Source: Synergistaceae bacterium UBA5560
GTDB taxonomy: Bacteria > Synergistota > Synergistia > Synergistales > Aminiphilaceae
Length of the DNA stretch: 64,000 nt
Assembly: GCA_002425685.1 (NCBI GenBank)
Contig: DIMS01000056.1
Location: forward strand, 16,511-80,510
Direction of reading: 5' to 3'
Shown: positions 54,905-64,000 of the stretch, piece after piece
Position numbering within the stretch: the stretch's first letter is position 1
How the letters are laid out: each line of letters starts with the position of its first letter
The notes under the pieces: model-generated
Told to the model about the DNA's origin: nothing
The model's database searches: none
What the model saw: only the letters and a program-made list of their open reading frames with translations
Program-made: the position numbers and the translations under genes

Positions 54905-55903
54905 ATGGAAAAGCGCGATTGCGCAGAAATCGATCCGCAGATCACCGATGTGCTTCTGGCGAGAAAAACCCTGGAGGGACGTGTCCGGCACACCCCCACG
55001 GAACGTTCCGCGCCGCTCTCGCAGGTTTGCGGCGGAGAGGTGTATCTCAAATTGGAAAATCAGCAGCTCTGCGGTTCCTTCAAGGTACGGGGAGCCCTGA
55101 ATCGGATGGAGCGCCTGACGCCGGAGGAGCGGCGCCGCGGCGTGGTCACCGCCTCCAGCGGGAATCATGCCCAGGGAGTGGCCCTTGCTGCGGTGGAGCT
55201 GGGCGTGGCAGCCACGGTCTGCGTTCCCGGCGTCTGTCCCGAGACGAAAAAACAGGCCATTCTCACCCGGGGAGGCTCCCGGGTGACTCTCAAGGTGGTG
55301 GGACACTACTACGACGACGCCGAAGCCGAGGCGGCCCGCCTCGCTCGAGAGGAGGGGCTCACCTACCTCTCCTCCTTCGAGGATCCCTGGATCATCGCCG
55401 GAGCGGGAACGCTGGGACTCGAACTTTTCCTCGATCAGCCCGATCTCGATCTGCTTCTCGTGCCCGCCGGAGGCGGAGGATTGATCAACGGCGTGGCCAT
55501 CGCCGCCAAAGCCCTGCGCCCCGAGGTGGAGATCTGGGGAGTGCAGTCCACGGCCTCCATGCCCTGGGTCGCTTCCTGGCCGGGGGGAACCGTGGTGGAC
55601 GTGACCTATGAGGACTCCCTGGCGGATGGTCTCATGGGATACATTCCCCAAAGCCTCGTCGATCTGGCGAAGAAGCGCGTCACGGGATTTCTCGCCGTGG
55701 AGGAGAAGGACATCGCCCGGGCCATGGCCTTTCTGCATCGGGAACACCATCAGGTGGTGGAAGGTTCCGGCGCGGTGGGCGTCGCCGCCCTGCTCGCGGG
55801 AAAGATCGACGTGACGGGGCGCCGGGTGGGGGTGGTCCTTTCCGGAGGGAACGTGGACGAGGCGGTTCTCCTCTCCGTGCTCGGAACGGCCCTCGACGGA
55901 TGA
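54905..55903 (+). CDS. Threonine/serine dehydratase-like PLP enzyme (IlvA/TdcB fold, no ACT domain)
   Basis: ORF 54209-55903 trimmed to the ATG at 54905 after GAGGAG. PLP lysine in GSFKVRGA. Glycine loop GGGGLI. Confidence 0.75.
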   Translation: MEKRDCAEIDPQITDVLLARKTLEGRVRHTPTERSAPLSQVCGGEVYLKLENQQLCGSFKVRGALNRMERLTPEERRRGVVTASSGNHAQGVALAAVELGVAATVCVPGVCPETKKQAILTRGGSRVTLKVVGHYYDDAEAEAARLAREEGLTYLSSFEDPWIIAGAGTLGLELFLDQPDLDLLLVPAGGGGLINGVAIAAKALRPEVEIWGVQSTASMPWVASWPGGTVVDVTYEDSLADGLMGYIPQSLVDLAKKRVTGFLAVEEKDIARAMAFLHREHHQVVEGSGAVGVAALLAGKIDVTGRRVGVVLSGGNVDEAVLLSVLGTALDG

Positions 55904-55909
55904 GACGCG

Positions 55910-58900
55910 CTATTCCGAGCTCTCTCCGGGTTTGATGATCTGCTTGATCATCTGCTCCAGGATCTGCTGCTGCACCTGATTCCCCACATCCTCGCTGGAA
56001 CCGCCGCCGGGACCGACGGGGAAGGAAAGGGTGATGCGGACCTGCTCGTTGGTGTTCTTGTTCTTCGGATCTCCCGGGGAGACGGGAATGGGTGAGACCG
56101 TCTCCCTCCGGGAGACGGAAATGTCCTCCAGGGAAGGAGCGTCCAGGGTTCCCTTCACCTTGAAGGAGACCTCCCGGAAATCTCTCCGGGACGCTCCACC
56201 CACAAGGCCGCCCAGAATCTCCTGGAGCAGAAGATCCGACGAGCCGCCTGCCTGGATGAGTCCCCTCAGTGCTCCGAGAAAGGCGTTGAAGGCAGTGACG
56301 TTGATCTCTCCGTAGCACTTCAGATCCAGCGGCCCTCCGAGGGAGACGCTGCCGTCCGCGGAGAGATAGCGATAGGCTGGGTTTCCGGGAGGCGCGGCCA
56401 TGCGGCTTCCCGGGATGATGTAGAACATGCCCGTGTCGAAGGCGAAGGAACCCTTGAGAGAGCGAAAGGGGATCTCCGTGCCTCCCGTCGCCCTCGCCAT
56501 GTCCTGAATGCCCGGAAAGCCCGAGAAGGCGCCGTTCTCGACGTCCAGTGTTCCCTGGGCCTCCGTTCCGAAGAGCCTTCCCAGGGTACCGTTTCCGCGC
56601 ACACGGAAGGTCCCCTTTCCGGAGACGCTTCCTTCGAGGGATGCCAGATCCGCCAGGGCGGGTGCCACGTCCACGCTCTCGATGCGCAGGTTGCCGCCCC
56701 ACTCCCTGGTGAAGAGGTTCATCGTTCCCTGGGCGAAGAAATTTCCGCCGTAGGCTCCGGCGTTTGCGTCCTCCACGGTGACGTATTCGTCCTGGAAGGT
56801 GAAGGGAGCCTTCAGAGATTCCGCCCGGAATCCCCGGAGGGAGATCCGCGTGGCGTCGATGAGGCCGCTGCCGCTGAAGAGTCCCTCCGCGAAGCTTCCC
56901 TTCGTGTCGAAGGAAAACCGCCCGGAAAGGACGTTTTTCGTCGGACCGAACCACTCCCGGGAGAAGGCGGCGAGGTCGAGGTTTTTTCCGGAGGCGGAAA
57001 AGGCGACCTTCCACGTCCCTTCCTCGGAGAGGGCGTCCATGGAAGCCACCACTGGGGAGGCGCCGACGAACCCCTGGAATTTCTCCAGGCGGATTCGTCC
57101 CGCTTCGGCGATGACGAGTGCTTCCGTTTCGGTGAAGGGGAAGCCGTTCGCCACGAGGCGAGGTGCGACAGCCTTCAGGCGGAGCTGTGGCTGTTCGGAT
57201 GTTCCCGTGATCTCCAGCTCACCGCCGGCCTTTCCCCTGAGATAGACCCCTCCCGCGTCGCCCAGCGTGGCGTGGGAATTGGCCATGTCCATGGAGGAAA
57301 GGGTTCCCTTCAGATCGAGCACAGCGGGTTTGCCTCCGCCGGGAAGATCGAGAACGCCGGAAATACTTCCCCTCCCCCCCCAGAGTTCTCCCTGAATGTC
57401 CTGAAGACGGATGCGCCCGAAAGGAGCCGACCCCGGTCCCTTTTCGAGGCGGAGTTTGCCCCGGAGGGACTGGACGGGAAGGGGAACGCCCGCGAGGGCG
57501 CTCACCTGAAAGGCTGTCTCCACCAGCGGGGAAGCGACGTTCCCCGTCACCGCGAAGGTTCCCGCGACGCTTCCGTCGAGGGGGGCTCCTGTGGTGTTCT
57601 TTTCGGAAAGGATGTTTTTCAGGGAAATGTCCTTGTAGGAGCCGTCGATCTTCAAGGCAACGGTTCCGTCGGAACGCCCGAGAGCGACCGATCCCGAGGC
57701 GCGGACCTCTCCGCCTCCGAACTGCGCCAGGGCCTTGGCGATGCGGAATTCCCTCTCCGTGAGGGATCCCTCCAGAAGGACCTTCGAGAGAACCTGCCCT
57801 TCCACGTGAAGGCTGGGTGCCGTGACCTGAAGGGAGAGAGCGGGTTGGGAGACGTTTCCCGAGAGGCGCCATTGGGCGGATCCCTTTCCGGTCAGGCCGA
57901 GGGGAATGCCCGCACCGGACCCTCCCGAGAGAGAGGAAAGAAGCTCCGGAGAAAGATCTCTGGCGGTGCCCCGAAGATCCAGCGTTCCCCGACCGGGGAT
58001 ATCCGCAACAGTTCCCGAGAATTCCAGGGGAACGGTTCTCCAGACAAGGGTCCCTTTCTCAAGAGAGAAACGCTTTTCCTCGTAGGTGGCCTGGATGGCC
58101 ACCGCATCGAGGGGTTCTCCGCGGAAGCGGAACCGTTCCGTCTCCAGAAGTCCCGCCACTTTCGGCGATGCGGCGGGCCCGGTGATCGAGAGGGTCGCGG
58201 TGAGGTTGCCCTCCAGAGCGAGCCCTTCCGCATCGGGAAAGGCCTCCCGGAGGCGATGGAGCGGCACGGACGAGGCGGTGAGCCGCACGTTCAGGGAGGT
58301 CGCGTCATCCGTGCCGGCGGAACCTGTGGCGGTGAAGGGTGCGCCGAGCCAGAGTCCCCTGCTCCGAAAGGCCACATCGACCTCCCGCAATTCAGCCTCC
58401 GCGGTGGTGTCGGCCACGGTGTACCCCGCGACGGAGCCGTCGAGATCCCGCAGGCGGACGTGTCCCCGAAGGGCTCCGTCCAGAGGGCCTGCGAGATCGA
58501 GATCGAGGAAGGCGGCGGTTCCGGAAAGAAAGCTCAGGAAAGGAAATTCTCCGTGCCATGCGTCGAGGGAGAGGGACGACGCGGCGAGCGTCACGGCCAT
58601 CTCCGGAGAGGACGGCTCCAGATCCAGGGAGAGCGTTCCCGAAAGCGGCGACTTCCTCACAAGAGCGGAACAGTCCGAGAGCGTAAAGCGTTTTCCCTGC
58701 CAGGCCCAGCGGGCGGAGTGGATTTCCAGGGGGATGTCCATGAGGGTTCCCGCCTCGAGACGGGCGGTCCCTTCCGCGACGGGTTCTCCGACGGTTCCGG
58801 AGAGGCGGAAGCTCCCGGACAGCGTTCCCCGGGCCGAGAGGAGTGCCTTGTTTGTCGCGTCGTCTCCCGCCAGGGGCGCGATCCATCTCGCCACCTCCTC

Positions 58901-59743
58901 CAGAGAGAGGTGGCGCAGAGTTCCCTCCAGAGAAACGGCTCCCTCGGGGTCGAGGGGCACTTCGCCTTGCAGGACGAGGGTGTCCGTTCCGAGAGTCACT
59001 TCGCCTCGTTCGAGGACGAGCGTCATTCCCCGGGAGGCGGATGTGGACGTTGCCTCGGAGAGTGTTTCGCGGAGGCGCGCCTCTCCTGTGGCGGCGAGGG
59101 AGAGCCCGTCGAGAGCGCCCTCCAGGGAGAGCGCGAAGGACGACGCGTTGTCGGTGATGCGAAGGCGTCCCCGTTCGAGCAGGAACGTTCCCGCCGGAGT
59201 TTCCGCGGTGCTTTCCAGGAAAGAGAGCGACAACGGGGGGACGTTTCCCACTTCCGGTTCGTAGGCGTCGAGGAGTGGTTCGAGGGCGCCCCAAGGGGCG
59301 GAGAGTTTCTGGAGTGTCGCCGTCCGAAGTGCGGGATCTCTCCGGAGCAGGCTGTCCGGATGAAAGGAGAGGCGAATGCCGTCGGCGGTGATCGCTCCGT
59401 TCTTGCCCCGGAGGGTCACGCCGGAGAGCTGAAATCCCGAGAGAGGGTTACCCGAGACCTGTTCCACCGACAGCGCACCCAGATTCTTTGCCTCAATGAG
59501 GCGTTGGAGTTCCCCGAGCAGAAGAGCCCCTCCCCAATCGAACCTGGAGAGGGAAAAGTAGCCCGCAAAGCCCAGGGCTACGGCGATGCCCATGAGAAGG
59601 AGCGACAGGCGCACCGGACCGGACCGAAACCTTCCTGTTCCGGAGGGACCTTCGGGGATGGGTGCGGATGAATTTTCCGGGGGGGCGGACGGGGTCTCCC
59701 CGGGATGCATCTGCCCCCACCTCCGCTCGTCGTTTCTGTCCAT
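55910..59743 (-). CDS. tamB: Translocation and assembly module TamB-like protein (AsmA/DUF490 family)
   Basis: About 1277 aa. N-terminal TM anchor, long beta-rich region and a C-terminal DUF490-like end. ATG at 59743 after GGAGGAG. The table start at 59761 is GTG. Confidence 0.7.
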   Translation of the reverse strand: MDRNDERRWGQMHPGETPSAPPENSSAPIPEGPSGTGRFRSGPVRLSLLLMGIAVALGFAGYFSLSRFDWGGALLLGELQRLIEAKNLGALSVEQVSGNPLSGFQLSGVTLRGKNGAITADGIRLSFHPDSLLRRDPALRTATLQKLSAPWGALEPLLDAYEPEVGNVPPLSLSFLESTAETPAGTFLLERGRLRITDNASSFALSLEGALDGLSLAATGEARLRETLSEATSTSASRGMTLVLERGEVTLGTDTLVLQGEVPLDPEGAVSLEGTLRHLSLEEVARWIAPLAGDDATNKALLSARGTLSGSFRLSGTVGEPVAEGTARLEAGTLMDIPLEIHSARWAWQGKRFTLSDCSALVRKSPLSGTLSLDLEPSSPEMAVTLAASSLSLDAWHGEFPFLSFLSGTAAFLDLDLAGPLDGALRGHVRLRDLDGSVAGYTVADTTAEAELREVDVAFRSRGLWLGAPFTATGSAGTDDATSLNVRLTASSVPLHRLREAFPDAEGLALEGNLTATLSITGPAASPKVAGLLETERFRFRGEPLDAVAIQATYEEKRFSLEKGTLVWRTVPLEFSGTVADIPGRGTLDLRGTARDLSPELLSSLSGGSGAGIPLGLTGKGSAQWRLSGNVSQPALSLQVTAPSLHVEGQVLSKVLLEGSLTEREFRIAKALAQFGGGEVRASGSVALGRSDGTVALKIDGSYKDISLKNILSEKNTTGAPLDGSVAGTFAVTGNVASPLVETAFQVSALAGVPLPVQSLRGKLRLEKGPGSAPFGRIRLQDIQGELWGGRGSISGVLDLPGGGKPAVLDLKGTLSSMDMANSHATLGDAGGVYLRGKAGGELEITGTSEQPQLRLKAVAPRLVANGFPFTETEALVIAEAGRIRLEKFQGFVGASPVVASMDALSEEGTWKVAFSASGKNLDLAAFSREWFGPTKNVLSGRFSFDTKGSFAEGLFSGSGLIDATRISLRGFRAESLKAPFTFQDEYVTVEDANAGAYGGNFFAQGTMNLFTREWGGNLRIESVDVAPALADLASLEGSVSGKGTFRVRGNGTLGRLFGTEAQGTLDVENGAFSGFPGIQDMARATGGTEIPFRSLKGSFAFDTGMFYIIPGSRMAAPPGNPAYRYLSADGSVSLGGPLDLKCYGEINVTAFNAFLGALRGLIQAGGSSDLLLQEILGGLVGGASRRDFREVSFKVKGTLDAPSLEDISVSRRETVSPIPVSPGDPKNKNTNEQVRITLSFPVGPGGGSSEDVGNQVQQQILEQMIKQIIKPGESSE

Positions 59744-60022
59744 CAATCGGAGCTCCTCCACTCGTCGAAATCCTCGAAAGATATTGTATCATCTTGAGCC
59801 ATGGAGCACGTCCGCAAGATTACCCCGGAAGCACCTTCGCTTCCTTGAGATCTTGCCTGCGGTGCAGGTTGAAGGAAACGGCTCTTCGATCCCGAAGGAG
59901 ATCTGCACGGACTGAAAGGCTCCGGCAAGTGAGGATTCGGACGGAAGATCCCTTTTCGGCCGGGTCGGTCCGGAGAGACCGGAGCGCTGAAGGTCAGACG
60001 GTCATGGCGAGGAGGAACATGC

Positions 60023-61159
60023 ATGCTTGTTCTTGAACCACATTGCGGTGTCAGTGGAGACATGCTTCTCGGGGCATTGCTCGACCTCGGAGCTTCCCGG
60101 GCACGTCTCGAGCCCCTGGAGCGGTTCGAAGGGCTCGGTGTCGCCGGAACGGAGATCCGCATCGCGAAGACGGTGAAGCAGGGGCTCTCCGCAACCTGCG
60201 TCGATGTGCTTCCGAAGGAGCACTACCACGCCCGGTCGGGAGAGGAACTCCGGGGGCTTCTGGATGCCGCGGCCACCTTTGCCGATGCGTCGGAGGAGGT
60301 CCGCCGCCGTGCCGGAGCGGCCCTGGAGCTTCTTCTCGCCGCGGAGGCCCAGGTACACGGCAGCGATCCCGAATCGGTGCACCTTCACGAGGCGGGGAGC
60401 TTCGACACCATCGTGGATGTGCTGGGGTTCTTCCTCCTCCTGGAGGATCTGGGGTTTCCGCCACTCTGCTCCCTCCCCGTCCGGGTCGGAGGCGGGACGG
60501 TACGCACCGCCCACGGGCTGCTCGCGGTTCCCGTTCCCGCCGTGGCGGCCCTGGCAGCCCGCTGCGGGGTTCCCCTCGAAGGAGGGCCGGTGCGGAAGGA
60601 GATCGCCACACCCACGGGGGTGGCGCTTCTCGCCTCCTCGGGGGCCCGTTTTCTGCAGGATCTTCCCTCCGTGGTGCCTCTCCGGGTTGGCTACGGCGCG
60701 GGCAGGAAGGATTTCTCCGTTCCCAACGTCTTGCGTGCGCTCCTCTGCAGGGGCGACGCGGAGGGCGAAGAAAAGGGTGACGCTCTCGAAGAGGTCCTGC
60801 TCTTCGAGGTCTCCATCGACGACATGACCGGGGAGGAAATGGGGAGAGTGCTGGCGCTCCTTCAGGAAGTCGCTCTGGAAAGCCATCTCGTGCAGGCCCT
60901 CGGCAAGAAGGGACGTCCGCTCTTTCTTCTGCGCGTTCTGGCGAAGCGGGAGCACTTCGACAGCGTCGCGGACCTTCTCTTCGGGGAAACCTCCACCATC
61001 GGTTTCCGCTACTGGCCCGTGGGGCGACGGAAAATGGAGTACACCGTGGAGCGGCGCCCGATGAAAGGGGAGGAGCGCTTCGTGCGGGTCAAGATCTCCC
61101 GCCTCGGGGATGTGGCGAAGGAGAAGGTGGAATTCGACGACCGCTTCGATCCTCGGTAA
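60023..61159 (+). CDS. larC: LarC-family nickel insertion protein (DUF111; nickel-pincer cofactor biosynthesis)
   Basis: 378 aa. N-terminus LVLEPHCGVSGDMLLGALLDLG is typical of LarC/DUF111. RBS GAGGAGGAA. Confidence 0.75.
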   Translation: MLVLEPHCGVSGDMLLGALLDLGASRARLEPLERFEGLGVAGTEIRIAKTVKQGLSATCVDVLPKEHYHARSGEELRGLLDAAATFADASEEVRRRAGAALELLLAAEAQVHGSDPESVHLHEAGSFDTIVDVLGFFLLLEDLGFPPLCSLPVRVGGGTVRTAHGLLAVPVPAVAALAARCGVPLEGGPVRKEIATPTGVALLASSGARFLQDLPSVVPLRVGYGAGRKDFSVPNVLRALLCRGDAEGEEKGDALEEVLLFEVSIDDMTGEEMGRVLALLQEVALESHLVQALGKKGRPLFLLRVLAKREHFDSVADLLFGETSTIGFRYWPVGRRKMEYTVERRPMKGEERFVRVKISRLGDVAKEKVEFDDRFDPR

Positions 61160-62447
61160 GGACGCACGCGTCCCCCCAACTCCTCTTCGGTCCGGGGCGC
61201 TCCGGAACCGGACCGAAGTGTTGCGTCACCACGATATGCGGCGGTATTCCCGGAAGGGCGCGCAGGGCATGTACCGCCTTTGCGGCGATGTCCCCGTCCT
61301 CTCCGGAGACGACCAACTCGAGGAGGAGCGTTTCGTGCCTGTCTTTCCCGCCGGAGAGGGAAAGGGCGAAATCCCGTACCTGCGGCAACCGCCACAGCAC
61401 CTCCTCCGCGTCGTACAGGCGCAACAGATGCCCTCCTGCCCCCCTCCGGGGAAGGCGTCCCCGGACCTCAACGCGGCGGAGAACGGAGCCGCAGGAGCAG
61501 CATTCCGGGAGGAACCGCCCTTCATCGCCGCTGCGGTACCGGAGAAGTGGAAAGGAGCGGCGCGTCAGGGTGGTGAGCGTCACTTCCCCCCACTCTCCCT
61601 GGGGGAGCACGTTTCCATTCTCGTCCACGATCTCCGGCAGCAGATCGAGTTCCCGCACGTGGCATCCCTCTCGGGCGGCGCATTCCACGGCGCATCCCCA
61701 TCCGGATTCGGTGAGCCCGTAGTGAACGAAGACGCGGCATCCCCACCGTGCCTCGATGCGCCGTCGCAAAGAGGGCGGCGCCATGTCCCCACTGAGAAGT
61801 GCTACCCGAGGGGCGTGGTGCGACAGTTCCGCCGCCGCCGCCACCTGGGCGGGGAGCCCCACCACGACTGAAGGGCGCACTTCGTCCAGCCGCGCCGCTG
61901 TTGCGGCGGGGGGTTCCCCGAGGGGAAACACGTGCACGGAACACCCCAGACGCCGCAGCCCCCGTTTGAGGAGTGCTCCGATGCCGTCGGGGCGAGTACC
62001 TCCCATGAGGACTGCCACAGCGCTTCCCGGCGGGGTGAAGGTGACCATGCCGTGGAGAAAGAACTCCTCCGTCGCCTCGAGATCCTCGTCGGTGAAACAG
62101 AGGCGCTTCGGCGGTGCGGTGGTGCCTGACGTGGCGAGAGTGACCACCCGGCGGATCTCGGACTGCGAGACCGTGAGAAAGCGTGATTCCGCCCCGGCGA
62201 GATCCGATGGAAAGGTGAAGGGCAATTCCCGGAGAGGGGCGTCCTCAAGGCCGCGAAGGCGTTCCCGGTAGAAAGGGGCGTTCGCGGCGGCATGGCGGAC
62301 GAGAACACGCAACGCCCTCTCCTGGGCTGCCGCCAGGGTTTTTCGGTCCACCGGTCGAAGGGTTTCGGCGGAGTAGCCGACCCCCGGCGTTCCATCTTCC
62401 AGGCGGCGGGCGATCCAGGCGTCGAGGGGGGTGATGGGGATACTCAC
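61089..62447 (-). CDS. Phenylacetate-CoA ligase (PaaK)/F390-synthetase-like adenylate-forming enzyme
   Basis: The ORF runs 61089-62492. The likely start is the GTG at 62447, which overlaps the radical SAM stop (GTGA). Adenylation P-loop variant TSGTTAPPK. The 3' end overlaps larC convergently by 70 nt. Confidence 0.65.
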   Translation of the reverse strand: MSIPITPLDAWIARRLEDGTPGVGYSAETLRPVDRKTLAAAQERALRVLVRHAAANAPFYRERLRGLEDAPLRELPFTFPSDLAGAESRFLTVSQSEIRRVVTLATSGTTAPPKRLCFTDEDLEATEEFFLHGMVTFTPPGSAVAVLMGGTRPDGIGALLKRGLRRLGCSVHVFPLGEPPAATAARLDEVRPSVVVGLPAQVAAAAELSHHAPRVALLSGDMAPPSLRRRIEARWGCRVFVHYGLTESGWGCAVECAAREGCHVRELDLLPEIVDENGNVLPQGEWGEVTLTTLTRRSFPLLRYRSGDEGRFLPECCSCGSVLRRVEVRGRLPRRGAGGHLLRLYDAEEVLWRLPQVRDFALSLSGGKDRHETLLLELVVSGEDGDIAAKAVHALRALPGIPPHIVVTQHFGPVPERPGPKRSWGDACVLTEDRSGRRIPPSPSPHPRGGRS

Positions 62448-63796
62448 GGGCGACGGTGCAACGGTGTACCATCCCGGGCGGTGAGGTTCCACGCGCAGAA
62501 GGGGACGAGGCGTCCATCCGGCGCGGCTGCATGGACGCAGCAGAAGCGGAGCCGCTCGAGGTCGAGGTTCTCCGCGTCCTGGAAGGCCATGGCGCTGATG
62601 CTGAAGTTGCCCCTTTTTCCAAGGCGGAGAAACCGGTCGAGATCGTCCTCCGGCGACGAGGCGGAGGCGCAGTGGTTCGCAACACCTTCTCCGGAGACGG
62701 AGACTTCCCGGGAGACGTTCGCTCCCCAGCGTCGCCGGATGCTTTCCACGGCTCTGAGCGGGCCTTCCTCCCTGGGCCGTGTCCCGCAGCAGGGTTCATG
62801 TCCCACGGGGAAGATCCGGTCCGGGGCTTCCACAAGGTACACCGCGCGGAAGGAGCAGCGTTCGTGCTCGCATCGGGAGGGACGGAAGTGCGAGAGCTCG
62901 GTGAGCCCCCCGGTCTGTGCGACAAGATGCCGCAGGATCCGGGGCAGAGTCAGGCGCGTCTCGTCCCGGGGTGGGTCGGGATAGCGGCCGAAGAAGCTCA
63001 GGGGCTGAAAGTGCACGCCCCGTACCGTGGGAAAGAGAGAAAGACCGTATCGGACGATATCCCCTATCTCGTCGTCGTTCACTCCCCACTGAAGGGTCGG
63101 CACGAGAACCACCCCCAGTTCCGCCCCGGCGCAGGCGCGGAGAGCATCTGTCTTAACCGCTCCGAGGTGTCTTCCCCGAAGTGCGAGATGCGTCGTCTCC
63201 CGAAGGCCGTCGAACTGGAGGAACACCCATCCCAGCCCCGCCTCCCGAAGCCTTCGGGCGTATCCGGGCTCTTCGGCGAGGCGGAGGCCGTTCGTGTTGA
63301 GCTGAATTCCTGGAAAACCGAGACCGGATGCCAGGCGGAGGAGTTCGGGCAGATCGGATCGTTCCGTGGGTTCACCGCCGGAGAGTTGGAGAATCGCGCC
63401 CTCAGCCCTGTCCCGGATCTTTCGGAGCAGCGTCTCCAGGGTGGCGAAATCCGGTTCGTCCCCGCTCCCCGCATCGGCGAAACAGACCGGGCAGCCGAGT
63501 CGGCAGCGCTCCGTCACCTCCACCACAACGGTGCAGCTCCGCTGTTCATGGAATTCGCAAAGGCCACAGCTCCGGGGACAGTCGTCGGGCGGTGTGTTCT
63601 CCGGGCCGGAAAGGGGAAATCGAGAGGATGTCCAGGCGTGGAGATCCGGTGCTCCCTCCCAGACGAGGCAGGAAAAATCTCCATGGTCGGGGCATCGTTT
63701 CCGGAGAAAGACGTTTTCCTTCTCCGTATCCAGAGCGGCGGGAATTCGCCTGAGACAGACGGGGCAGAGGCTGTGCGTACGTCTCAGGAGTGCCAT
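62444..63796 (-). CDS. Radical SAM protein with N-terminal zinc ribbon (function unknown)
   Basis: 450 aa. CPVC...CPDHGD ribbon, then CRLGCPVC (CxxxCxxC). SAM motifs LSGGEPT and NTNG. Several extra C-terminal Cys. The start overlaps the end of the upstream gene. Confidence 0.75.
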   Translation of the reverse strand: MALLRRTHSLCPVCLRRIPAALDTEKENVFLRKRCPDHGDFSCLVWEGAPDLHAWTSSRFPLSGPENTPPDDCPRSCGLCEFHEQRSCTVVVEVTERCRLGCPVCFADAGSGDEPDFATLETLLRKIRDRAEGAILQLSGGEPTERSDLPELLRLASGLGFPGIQLNTNGLRLAEEPGYARRLREAGLGWVFLQFDGLRETTHLALRGRHLGAVKTDALRACAGAELGVVLVPTLQWGVNDDEIGDIVRYGLSLFPTVRGVHFQPLSFFGRYPDPPRDETRLTLPRILRHLVAQTGGLTELSHFRPSRCEHERCSFRAVYLVEAPDRIFPVGHEPCCGTRPREEGPLRAVESIRRRWGANVSREVSVSGEGVANHCASASSPEDDLDRFLRLGKRGNFSISAMAFQDAENLDLERLRFCCVHAAAPDGRLVPFCAWNLTARDGTPLHRRP

Positions 63797-64000
63797 CAGG
63801 AGGGGCGTCCTTCCTGGAGGCCGAAGCCCTGTTCTACGAGTAGTTGCAGTGTCTTTTCGAGCGTTGCGGCGACCATGGAGGAACAGACGATCGGATCGGG
63901 AGCGGCTGTGTCGCCCAGAATATCGCCGCAGCCCACGCGCTCTCCTCCGGTGCCCCAGCGTTCACGGAACCAGCGGTGCAGCTCCTCCGCCATGAAGAGA
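63796..64000 (-). CDS. 3' end of an unidentified gene truncated by the window edge
   Basis: ORF 63796-63993 is in frame to the window end. Its stop overlaps the radical SAM start. There is too little sequence to name it. Confidence 0.35.
   Translation of the reverse strand, partial: LFMAEELHRWFRERWGTGGERVGCGDILGDTAAPDPIVCSSMVAATLEKTLQLLVEQGFGLQEGRPS

Overview
This is a high-GC (about 64-65%) bacterial chromosomal segment with compact operons. A surface protein ending in a Gly-Gly-Cys / transmembrane / basic-tail sorting signal hints at a Synergistetes-like organism; that is an inference, no search was run. The window is mainly amino-acid biosynthesis, transport and catabolism:

- **Lysine pathway:** a LysW/LysX/ArgC(LysY) cluster sits behind a sequence with all the hallmarks of a T-box riboswitch.
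- **Branched-chain amino acids:** a roughly 13.7-kb minus-strand operon ilvN-ilvC-leuA-leuC-(small ORF)-leuD-leuB-ilvB-dctPQM-ilvD. It is preceded by a textbook leader-peptide attenuator: a sigma70 promoter, a 36-codon Leu/Ile/Val-rich leader ORF and an intrinsic terminator.
- **Transporters:** a livKHMGF amino-acid ABC system, and an IclR-regulated TAXI-TRAP transporter next to a PrpB/isocitrate-lyase-family lyase.
- **Sugar-acid catabolism:** a KdgR-type operon (HpcH aldolase, kdgR, eda, kdgK, aminotransferase) with two KdgR boxes upstream.
- **Candidate guanidino-compound locus:** GntR regulator, amidinotransferase-fold hydrolase, an orphan LivHMGF-type ABC system lacking a binding protein, and an amidohydrolase.
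- **Membrane and envelope genes:** an Isf-type flavoprotein; an SPFH protein with six zinc ribbons plus two membrane proteins; a secreted surface protein with a C-terminal sorting signal; an HD-GYP protein; cobS/cobU; a threonine-dehydratase-like enzyme; tamB; larC; and a translationally coupled radical-SAM / PaaK-like pair.
- **Metal/Fe-S island:** an ArsR regulator with a palindromic operator, followed by a previously unlisted 50-codon Cys-rich metallothionein-like ORF translationally coupled to an ABC-2 exporter. Next to it is a NapH-like polyferredoxin membrane protein with a duplicated C-terminal domain, divergent from a SufS-like cysteine desulfurase.

All calls come from reading the sequence and the ORF table; no database searches were run. 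Several ORF-table N-termini were trimmed to the first start codon with a Shine-Dalgarno sequence. Many long antisense ORFs are GC artefacts and were ignored.
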